A program made the translations under genes and the position numbers. The notes under the pieces were generated by a model that worked only from the letters and a program-made list of their open reading frames with translations, was not told the DNA's origin and ran no database searches. From Candidatus Jordarchaeales archaeon (lineage in GTDB: Archaea; Asgardarchaeota; Jordiarchaeia; Jordiarchaeales; Freyrarchaeaceae): DNA of 22,048 nt. Positions 14,619 through 22,048 of the stretch are shown here, piece by piece; position 1 is the first letter of the stretch; every line of letters starts with the position of its first letter. The stretch is from contig JAWAHN010000005.1 of the NCBI GenBank assembly GCA_038889235.1, forward strand, positions 1-22,048. Reading direction: 5' to 3'.

Positions 14619-15050
14619 TTGCCAGAGGACTCGTTTGAAGAAGATGAGGAGTTAAGGAAGATTAAGGAGAAGAAGATTAAAGAGCTCGTGAAGAAAAGCC
14701 GGGAGGCAGAAGCTGGGGGCGTTAAGAACATAGTGATGCTCAACGAGGAAAGCTTCGACAGCTTCGTGTCGGGTTCCACGACTCCTGTGCTAATCGACTT
14801 CTTCGCCACTTGGTGCCCCCCGTGTAAGATGATGGAGCCGGTTATGGAGAAACTGGCGGAGGAGTTCGCCGGGAAAATAGCCTTCGGCAAGGTCGACGTA
14901 GACGAAAACATGAATCTCGTCAGCAGGTTCGACATAACAGCTGTTCCGACTTTCATACTGTTCAAGAAAGGCAAGGTGGTTGGAAGGGTAGTGGGAGCTA
15001 GGAACTACGAGACGTTCAAGAAGATGCTCGAAAAAGTTCTAGCCAGGTGA
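14619..15050 (+). CDS. trxA: Thioredoxin with N-terminal charged extension
   Basis: DFFATWCPPCK, KVDVDEN, VPT cis-Pro motif, archaeal DEELRKIKEKK leader. Confidence 0.93.
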   Translation: MPEDSFEEDEELRKIKEKKIKELVKKSREAEAGGVKNIVMLNEESFDSFVSGSTTPVLIDFFATWCPPCKMMEPVMEKLAEEFAGKIAFGKVDVDENMNLVSRFDITAVPTFILFKKGKVVGRVVGARNYETFKKMLEKVLAR

Positions 15051-15763
15051 GGGAAGCCCCCTTGGAGGTGGCCGAGCTCATTCTCTCCAGGAGGGCTGTC
15101 GTCTTCGACTGCGACGGGACGCTCGTCAGCCAAGCAATAGACTACAAGGCAGTGAGAGAGACCGTAGCGGAGCTGCTGAAGAAACACGGCGTTCCAGGCG
15201 TGCTCATCTCACCAAGCGACGGAGTCATGATGATGCTCCGGAGGAGCGTGGAGTACTTATCGGCCAAAGGCGCACCCGTCGACCAAGTGGTCTCAGAGGT
15301 CGACAGGGTGGTCGAGGCGTTCGAGCTGAGGGCAGCCAGCAAGACCAACCCGATGCCCGGAGCCATAGAGTTGCTCGCCTTCCTGAAGGAGCGCGGGTTC
15401 AAGCTGGGGCTTTTCACACTGAACAAGAGGTCCGCCATGATGCTTGTCGCTAGGCGCTTCAACTTTGACAGGTTCATGGACGCCATGGTCTCAAGGGACG
15501 ACACGCCAGCTCCGAAGCCGGACCCACGCCACTTAGTAGCAGTTCTCTCGAAGCTGTCGGTTGAAGCGCAGGAGGCCGTGGTTGTAGGGGACCACCCAGT
15601 GGACGTGGAGTGCGCCGTGAAGGTAGGCGCTGCGGCCATAGGGGTCCTCTCATCTGGGAGGAGCAGAAAGGAGCTCGAGGACGCTGGAGCCTGGGTTGTC
15701 GTGGACAGCGTGGCCTCCATACTTGAGGCCCTGATGGACGCTAGTGGCCCCTCACGGGCATAG
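15047..15763 (+). CDS. HAD-superfamily hydrolase (phosphoglycolate phosphatase-like)
   Basis: VFDCDGTL, FTLN, PKPDP, VVGDHPVD. GTGA overlap with thioredoxin. Confidence 0.9.
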   Translation: MREAPLEVAELILSRRAVVFDCDGTLVSQAIDYKAVRETVAELLKKHGVPGVLISPSDGVMMMLRRSVEYLSAKGAPVDQVVSEVDRVVEAFELRAASKTNPMPGAIELLAFLKERGFKLGLFTLNKRSAMMLVARRFNFDRFMDAMVSRDDTPAPKPDPRHLVAVLSKLSVEAQEAVVVGDHPVDVECAVKVGAAAIGVLSSGRSRKELEDAGAWVVVDSVASILEALMDASGPSRA

Positions 15764-16805
15764 AGCCTTTGTAGCGCCACTTTTTTGCCTCGAGCACCAT
15801 CGCCAACACGTTCTCCACTCTGCACGCCTTGTGGAGGCTGTTGCTTGATGAGAGTATGTAACCGCCGTCCCTCCCCGCCTTCGCTATGGTCTCGCCCACC
15901 ACTCGCCCAACTTCGTGTGGAGGGGCGGATGGTAGTAGGGTGTCGCAGTCTATGTTCCCAACTAGGACCAGCTTGTCACCGTACTTCTCTTTCACCCAGC
16001 CTATGTCAATGCCCGCAGCTGGCTCCAGCGAGTGGACTGCGTCTACTCCGGCCTCGATGAGGAGGGGGAGTAACGGGATGATGTAACCATCCGAGTGGTG
16101 GATTACCTTCACCCCGAGCTTCTTGAACGCTGAAACCTCCCTTTTTAAAAGGGGGAGGACAAGCCTCTTGAAAGTCTCAGGAGAGAAGAATGGGCCTGTT
16201 TTGTAGGCGTAGTCGTCCGCCAAGACTAGGGCGTCGACCCCGAGCTCAACTTCTATTTTTCCAACCTCTATCCAGTAGTCGCAGACCTTCCTCATGTGCT
16301 CCACTACGAAGGATGGATCTGCGTGCACGTCTGCAAGGAACCTTTCATGGGATCTTCCGAGCGCGGCGCGCTCTAGCGGACCTCCTACGAAGCCGACGAC
16401 AGCCATGTCGCCGCTCAGCTCCAGGACGCGCTTGACGTTAACGTACCTCTCCGACATATTCGGGTCTGGCCAGCTCCACGACTCAAAGTCCTCCCGCGTC
16501 GCTATGACGCCGCCAGCATACCAGACGGTTCCATCCTCAGTGATGACTCTCTTACGCCCCCACTCGTCCACGTACCCTCTCCTCCCCTTCTCATCTTTGA
16601 AGTGGGTGACGGGGAAAGTTTCCGGCCACGCAGTTACAGCGTCCAAGCCCAGCCACTTGAGGCACTTGACGCCGAGCTCTAAGCTGTACTCTTTGGCCCC
16701 CATTATTTTTACCACAAGGTCCTCATCCACCCCCATATCGTAGATTGGAATGGCGTCCGGCACCCCGTGATCGAGTGCAGTGAGGAAGCGCTCCCTGGGC
16801 TTCAA
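15741..16805 (-). CDS. Uroporphyrinogen decarboxylase / MtaA-CmuA methyltransferase family protein
   Basis: PRERFLTAL..PD.IP, DEWG, ADDY, F.PE.F, HSDG, GNID, GYILSSSN. Confidence 0.88.
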   Translation of the reverse strand: MKPRERFLTALDHGVPDAIPIYDMGVDEDLVVKIMGAKEYSLELGVKCLKWLGLDAVTAWPETFPVTHFKDEKGRRGYVDEWGRKRVITEDGTVWYAGGVIATREDFESWSWPDPNMSERYVNVKRVLELSGDMAVVGFVGGPLERAALGRSHERFLADVHADPSFVVEHMRKVCDYWIEVGKIEVELGVDALVLADDYAYKTGPFFSPETFKRLVLPLLKREVSAFKKLGVKVIHHSDGYIIPLLPLLIEAGVDAVHSLEPAAGIDIGWVKEKYGDKLVLVGNIDCDTLLPSAPPHEVGRVVGETIAKAGRDGGYILSSSNSLHKACRVENVLAMVLEAKKWRYKGSMPVRGH

Positions 16806-16862
16806 CCCTAGACACCGTGAACATTTAAGGGGCGGGTGGGTTAAAAAGTTGAAGGAATAACT

Positions 16863-17594
16863 TTGGGGGATTTAACCTTGAGTAGGAAGGTTAGGGTTGC
16901 CGCCGTCGGGGACGTGCACTCCCCCCGCTACTTTGACCTACTCCTTGAAACATTGAAGGAGGGGCTTGAAGTCGACTTGCTGATGCTCGCGGGAGACATG
17001 GTCGACAAGGGGAAGGTCGATGAGTACCCGAAGGTCCTAGACCTGATCGAAAGCCGCGTCGACGCCCCCATAGTGGCTTGCTTTGGAAACGAGGAGTACG
17101 AGGACTTGCATGACAAGGTAAGGGAGGTTTGCAGTGGAAGAGTGGTCTTCTTGGAGGAGGAGGCCTTCACGCTAAGCGTGGGAGGCGTAAGTTTGGGCAT
17201 AGTTGGGTCTAAGGGTTCACTTGACAGGCCCACGTGGTGGCAGTCCAGGAACGTGCCGGGAATAAGGGAGCTGTACGCTGCTAGAGCTGAGAAGGTGAAG
17301 GAAAAGGTTTCCAAGCTCGACACGACGTATAGGGGGCTGCTGACGCACTATGCTCCAACCTACTGCAACCTGGAGGGGGAAAAGCCTTCAGCTTGGCCGG
17401 AGATGGCGTCTAGGATGTATGAGCCGGTGCTCGAAATGGTGGACTTCGCGGTCCACGGCCACGCTCACAAGGGCAAAACGTTCTGCGAGTTTAAAGGGGT
17501 CCCCGTGTTCAACGTGGCGCTGCCAGCCGCTAAGAGCGTGACAGTGTTCGAGGTCCCAGCGAGAAAGGTTAGGCTGGACGCGTTCTTCAGATGA
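16863..17594 (+). CDS. Calcineurin-like metallophosphoesterase
   Basis: GDVH, AGD, FGNEE, THYAP, HGHAH. Confidence 0.92.
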   Translation: MGDLTLSRKVRVAAVGDVHSPRYFDLLLETLKEGLEVDLLMLAGDMVDKGKVDEYPKVLDLIESRVDAPIVACFGNEEYEDLHDKVREVCSGRVVFLEEEAFTLSVGGVSLGIVGSKGSLDRPTWWQSRNVPGIRELYAARAEKVKEKVSKLDTTYRGLLTHYAPTYCNLEGEKPSAWPEMASRMYEPVLEMVDFAVHGHAHKGKTFCEFKGVPVFNVALPAAKSVTVFEVPARKVRLDAFFR

Positions 17595-18636
17595 GACCTA
17601 TAGCGTGGAGTTGCCTTCCGAACGGGATGTCGTTTAGCAGTCCCGGGTAGAAGAAGCACTCCTTGCAGAACTCTGGGAGCCTCCCCCTCCTGAAAACCCT
17701 CCTCAACCTGTTATACTTTTCACCGTCCCAGACCTCGCGGAAGCTTCTGTTTTTAACGTTTCCCATCACCACATCGCTGTAGCAGCAGGGGACCACGTCG
17801 CCGTTGTGGTTTATGTCCGCCGACAGCCACGGCCTGTAACAAGTCACCCCTTTCAGGGGGCGCCTGTAAAGCGACAGGAATTCTTTAGCGTTGACGAGTA
17901 AGCCGTAACTCTCAGCTTTAACGGCCGCCCTTTTCAAGCACTCAACCATCACCCTGACCTCGTTCTCGTCCAACACTAGGGCGGGGTCTTCGGGGTAGTA
18001 CTTGTCGAATGTGAGCACTTGCGCCCCCATGTTGTGGGCGAAGTCCACCATATCCTCGAGCAAGTAGTAGTTGAGCTTCGTAACCACGCAGTGAATGTGG
18101 AGTATGGGTTTCGCAGCCCTCTTCAGCCTTTTAACCCTCGTCAGTTCCTTCATAGCAGAGGAAACGCGCTCGAACATACGGGCGGAGCCCCTAATCTCCT
18201 TGTAGACCTCGGGCGTCGGCGCGTCGACAGAGAACATCGCGACGTCCCACCCCATGTCGATCAAAGCCCGGGCAACCGACTCGTTGAGAAGCGTCCCGTT
18301 CGTCGTCAACACACCTTCCATTCCCAGCCTCTTGACGGTGCCCATTATTTCGAGGATATCCTCCCTCAGCAAGGGCTCCCCTCCACCCACCACGTGGATG
18401 CGCCTAACGCCGAAAGACGAGAGCTCCCTCAACAATTCTAGGTAGCGGCTGGTGGGGAGCTCCTCCGCTAGGGCGCGCCTACGGTCCTCCTCAGACAGCT
18501 TCCTCTGAAAGCACATCTTGCAGCGGAGGTTGCAGCGGAGCGTCGGCTTCAAGTCAACCTCCATCGGAGGAGCAAAACCCCTACAATGCCAAATAGAAGC
18601 GTAGAGAAGCGGAGCCATGGACCAACTGTAAACCAT
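17587..18636 (-). CDS. Radical SAM protein with SPASM/twitch domain
   Basis: CNLRCKMC, GGGEPLL, TTNGTLL, SVD, C.RPW...NGDVVPCC...GN, C-terminal CKEC. Start set at ATG 18636 (GGAGG SD); the extension to 18996 is not protein-like. Confidence 0.92.
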   Translation of the reverse strand: MVYSWSMAPLLYASIWHCRGFAPPMEVDLKPTLRCNLRCKMCFQRKLSEEDRRRALAEELPTSRYLELLRELSSFGVRRIHVVGGGEPLLREDILEIMGTVKRLGMEGVLTTNGTLLNESVARALIDMGWDVAMFSVDAPTPEVYKEIRGSARMFERVSSAMKELTRVKRLKRAAKPILHIHCVVTKLNYYLLEDMVDFAHNMGAQVLTFDKYYPEDPALVLDENEVRVMVECLKRAAVKAESYGLLVNAKEFLSLYRRPLKGVTCYRPWLSADINHNGDVVPCCYSDVVMGNVKNRSFREVWDGEKYNRLRRVFRRGRLPEFCKECFFYPGLLNDIPFGRQLHAIGLI

Positions 18637-19255
18637 GAAGAACCCTCCCAGCAACTCGCAAAGAGGGGAGCAAAGAAAGAAAAACGTTTCGCCCCGAACA
18701 GCGCTTCCAAGCACGGTTACTGCACCAAACACACATATAGAGCAACAAGCTACAATTTGAAGCTCCACCATTTCAAGGACGGAGGCTTGGGAAGGCTTAC
18801 AATGTACTTTGGCGGCGTGCAGGCACAGACAAGAATGCGCAATTAGCCAAAAATAGACACGAGGAAAGTGAAGCAATTTTTCATGAGAAATGGTAGCAAC
18901 ACTTGTGAAAGCCCTTGGGCCAGCGCAGTCAAGCCTCTGAAAAAGTAACTCCCTCGGGTACCCTGGCAAGGAACTAGTGCTCTGAGGGCGGTTCAAAGCT
19001 GGTTAAAAGCGACTGCAGTCAAGCGTGTAATTTTAATGAAAAAGACTGGTGGCTGCGCTCAACATTAGAAAGAAGGGCTTGCCCAACGTGGATTCCGACC
19101 TCTCTGACTGTCATGTGAAAGATGTAAACGCGAGTAGATGGCAGGAGGACTCGTTCTCCATGGATGGGAGGGGGCCAGAAGGGGGGTGGCAGATGCGCGA
19201 GCACGACACGTTTTAGCATTGTCTGAAAAGCGTTCCGTCAGAACACAGGGAAGCT

Positions 19256-19270
19256 AATAAAGTTTTTAAA
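19256..19270 (+). promoter_or_regulatory. BRE/TATA for tRNA-iMet
   Basis: AATAAAG-TTTTTAAA about 34 nt upstream of the mature tRNA 5' end. Confidence 0.6.
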
Positions 19271-19303
19271 CCCGCTATACATAAAGAATTGTAGACCCTA
19301 CGA

Positions 19304-19402
19304 AGCGGGGTAGGGTAGTCAGGAGATCCCGCGGGGCTCATAACCCCGAGATCGGTGGTTCAAAGCCGTTGCTTAAGCGGCGAATAAATCCACCCCCCGC
19401 TA
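19304..19402 (+). tRNA. tRNA-iMet(CAT) with a 24-nt intron at position 58/59 (19364-19387); CCA not encoded
   Basis: Acceptor stem AGCGGGG/CCCCGCT with A1:U72. Anticodon stem CGGGG/CCCCG with loop CTCATAA (CAT 19339-19341). T-stem GGTGG/CCACC. Removing the insert restores the TTCAAAT loop. Confidence 0.96.
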
Positions 19403-20273
19403 TACCCTTCCAACATTTTCATTAACGCTTTTTTCACGAATGAACACTTCAGCCTTGAATCTGGGGCTGGCTTCCTTGCGGGTTTTAGGGCAATTTACTG
19501 GAATGTATTCCGCGAAGGATGTTAGACGCGACCTTGACCGATGCTGCAGACTCTCGTGTTCTCCTGCTCCTCGAAATGTAGAAGCTTGTGTATACGTCTT
19601 CGCTGGTTAGCGTTATCGCGAGAACACTATTTGCAGTGGCCTTCAGTCTTTTCAGCTGCTTAGTTCTCGGTAGCGGGTAATAGCTGTCTCTTTTCTTGCC
19701 GCGGTACGGTATACTGGTTTTTCTCTTGCTCCAATTGTTGCCAGGTGGATCTCGAAAGGAGTGGAGGCTGGGAGACTTGCTTTTTCCTCTATTCTCGCTT
19801 TAGAGTTGCCTCCCGTTCTTGTTGCCTCCAGGTATGAAGAGTACCCCGTTTAGGATTGCTATGACAATACAATCATTTTAAACCGCGTGATTAACCTTTT
19901 CCCTTGATTAGTGGGTGTTAAGGAGGCTTTCAGGTTCTGAAGCCTGTGGGCGGCTGGTCATTTCTGACGTCGCCTTGTTAAGGGGCCTTCAGAGAGTGAA
20001 ACACTTAAGTGACGCGTACGCCAAGTGCATCGTTGGAGCACCAAAAACAGGGAAATTTGGAAACCATAAAAAAGGAGCAGGGTTTAGAGATGTTAGAGTG
20101 GTCGTGGAGACATCGTTCCCAGTTGAGAACGCGGTCGGAGACTTGATTTAATAAAGGGAAGTAAGGGGGTTGCCGGCATAAAGGTGTGGGCGGTGAAACC
20201 GCCTTAAAACGATTTTTAACGGAAAAGTCAGATTAAAACAACGAAGCCACAGAAAGGTGGAGATGTTTAAGGC

Positions 20274-21200
20274 TTACTGCTGTGTTAGTTGTTCTAGTTT
20301 TTGTAATTCCTGCCACTTTTTGTCGGTGTGCGCCTGTATGGCGTCAATTATGTCGCGCCTGATCTTCGGCGTGAACAGGTGGCTGAAGCGCCCCTGCGGG
20401 CGGAGATAGTATTCTACTGGGAGCTTCCGCTTCGGCCTCAACGTGATCCTGTACTGTCCATTTTCCACCTCGTAGAGGGGGAACATGCATGTTTGAACGG
20501 CTAACCGTCCCAGCTCTATTGTAAGGTGGGGAGGCGTTCTCCAACCTCTGGGGCATGGTGTTAAGGCTAGGATGAATGCCGGTCCGTCGGCGTTTATGGC
20601 CTTTTTCATTTTCCTCTGCAGGTCCATGGGGTAAGAGGGGCTTACTGTCGCAGCATAGGGTATGTCGTGCGCTACCACTATCTTCATGAGGTCTTTTTGC
20701 CACTCCATTTTCCCAGGGATGACTTTTCCAGCTGGGCTAGTCGTGGTCCACGCAGCCTTCGGAGTGGCGCCGGACCGCTGTATTCCAGTGTTCATGTAAG
20801 CGTCGTTCGTATAGCAGACGTAGACGAACTTGTGTCCCCTTTCTAGGGCTCCCGAAAGGGCTTGTAGTCCTATGTCGTATGTGCCTCCATCCCCCGCGAG
20901 GGCGAGCACCACGTCCCACTTCTTCTTCTTGCCTTTGCGCAGTAGGACTTTCTGTGCTGCCTCTACGCCGGCCGCAACTGCTGCCGTGCACTCGAACGCG
21001 GCGTGTATCCAAGGAGTCCTCCAAGCGGTGTAGGGGAACGGTGTGGTTGAAACCTCTAAGCAAGAGGTGGCGTTGCATATTATAGGAGGCTCGTCGAAGG
21101 CCTTCAGTATCTGCCGTAGAGCCACGCCTTCACCGCAACCTGCGCAGAGCCTGTGTCCGGGTGCAAGGTACTCGTGTAGGGGTAGTTCCTTCAATGCCAT
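20274..21200 (-). CDS. porB: Pyruvate/2-oxoacid:ferredoxin oxidoreductase beta subunit
   Basis: GHRLCAGCG, TSCLEV, TPFP, GDGGTYDIGLQ TPP motif, YMNTGIQRS, CPRGW. ATG 21200 with GAGGTGG SD. Confidence 0.93.
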   Translation of the reverse strand: MALKELPLHEYLAPGHRLCAGCGEGVALRQILKAFDEPPIICNATSCLEVSTTPFPYTAWRTPWIHAAFECTAAVAAGVEAAQKVLLRKGKKKKWDVVLALAGDGGTYDIGLQALSGALERGHKFVYVCYTNDAYMNTGIQRSGATPKAAWTTTSPAGKVIPGKMEWQKDLMKIVVAHDIPYAATVSPSYPMDLQRKMKKAINADGPAFILALTPCPRGWRTPPHLTIELGRLAVQTCMFPLYEVENGQYRITLRPKRKLPVEYYLRPQGRFSHLFTPKIRRDIIDAIQAHTDKKWQELQKLEQLTQQ

Positions 21201-21210
21201 AACAACCACC

Positions 21211-22048
21211 TCACGGCCCTATACATCCGGTTCCACGGCAACCGACAACCCTGTAGTCTTCCTCGACCTCGTCTCTCTCAACTATCCTGAGAAGCTCTTC
21301 TGTTACTTTGACCAGGTGCTCGACGCGTATGTCGCGCCCGCCTAGCCCCGTTGGGAACCCCATGACGTGCGGCCTGTTTCTCAGCTCGTAGAGCGTAGCC
21401 CTTACCTCCATGTTCAGCGCGCCTCCTAGGGCACCGAAGCTTATGTGTCTGTCGATCACTCCGACAGCCTTCACCTTGACCAGTGTTTTCCTGAGATCCT
21501 CCACCGGGAGGGGGCGGAAGAGCCTTAGCTTGACCAGCCCTACAGGCTTCCCCATGGACCTCATTTCGTCAACGGCGTCTTTCGCTGTCCCACTAACGCT
21601 CCCTATAGTGAGGAGGGCGACCTCCGCGTCGTCCATGCAGTACTCTTCGATCACTCCGTAGTTCCTTCCGAAGGTCTCGTTAAACTCCCTTATTATCTCC
21701 TTTATTCTACCGAGGGATTTCTTAGTCGCGACCTCCTGCTGGTACTTTATTTCGGGGTAGTAGTCTGGGATGCCAACACACCCCATTGTTATCGGCTTGT
21801 TAACGTCCAGCGTGTAGAGGGGGGTTCTCGGCGGCAGGAACGAGTCTACGTCGCTGTCGCTCAGAACTTCGACGCCCTCGGTCGAGTGGCTTACGACGAA
21901 GCCGTCGTGGCACACCATGATCGGCAGAAGAACCTTGTGGTCTTCAGCTATCTTGAATGCCATTATGGTGAAGTCGTAGACCTCTTGGGCGTTTTCATTG
22001 TAGAGCTGTATCCAGCCGCAGTCCCTAGCTCCCATGGTGTCGCTCATG
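21211..22048 (-). CDS. porA: Pyruvate/2-oxoacid:ferredoxin oxidoreductase alpha subunit (5' end beyond window)
   Basis: GWIQL, AQEVYD, DGF..SH, GLVKLRLFRP, GLGGRDI. Directly upstream of the beta subunit. Confidence 0.93.
   Translation of the reverse strand, partial: MSDTMGARDCGWIQLYNENAQEVYDFTIMAFKIAEDHKVLLPIMVCHDGFVVSHSTEGVEVLSDSDVDSFLPPRTPLYTLDVNKPITMGCVGIPDYYPEIKYQQEVATKKSLGRIKEIIREFNETFGRNYGVIEEYCMDDAEVALLTIGSVSGTAKDAVDEMRSMGKPVGLVKLRLFRPLPVEDLRKTLVKVKAVGVIDRHISFGALGGALNMEVRATLYELRNRPHVMGFPTGLGGRDIRVEHLVKVTEELLRIVERDEVEEDYRVVGCRGTGCIGP

Noticed and set aside
14794-14826. WCPPC rather than WCGPC thioredoxin active site
   Set aside because: A common variant in archaeal thioredoxins, so not novel.
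18637-18996. 120-codon N-terminal extension of the radical SAM ORF
   Set aside because: Not domain-like; an SD-preceded ATG at 18636 gives a normal-length protein.
19915-20151. 78-aa + strand ORF
   Set aside because: No recognisable motif or clear SD; cannot be supported.

Overview
Archaeal window of roughly 55-60% GC. It is most likely from a thermophilic Asgard archaeon, inferred from a gelsolin-domain protein and a Roadblock/longin-like protein; Jordarchaeia/Freyarchaeia is a guess. From left to right: (1) A CRISPR array of 17 identical 36-nt repeats plus one degenerate terminal repeat, with no cas genes in the window. (2) A tightly coupled 9-gene + strand operon (1500-8369), the best candidate for an undescribed system. 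It combines three membrane proteins, a divergent full-length RadA/Rad51 paralog, an apparently inactive HerA/VirB4-like ATPase, a FEN1 paralog lacking most of the helical arch, a Zn-ribbon/wHTH protein and a RadB-like ATPase, which suggests a membrane-linked DNA transfer and recombination module. (3) tfb, an ACT-like protein and an SCP2 protein on the - strand. (4) A gelsolin-plus-extra-domain protein with a tandem-repeat linker and a Roadblock-like/wHTH protein. (5) Housekeeping genes: serB, thioredoxin, a HAD hydrolase, a URO-D family protein, a metallophosphoesterase and a radical SAM/SPASM protein. (6) tRNA-iMet with a 24-nt T-loop intron. (7) porB and a partial porA. Superimposed are kilobase-scale G+T-rich patches on the + strand that ignore gene direction. 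The decayed last CRISPR repeat records the direction of change: all 11 substitutions are A->G or C->T. All protein calls come from motif recognition by eye; no searches were run.
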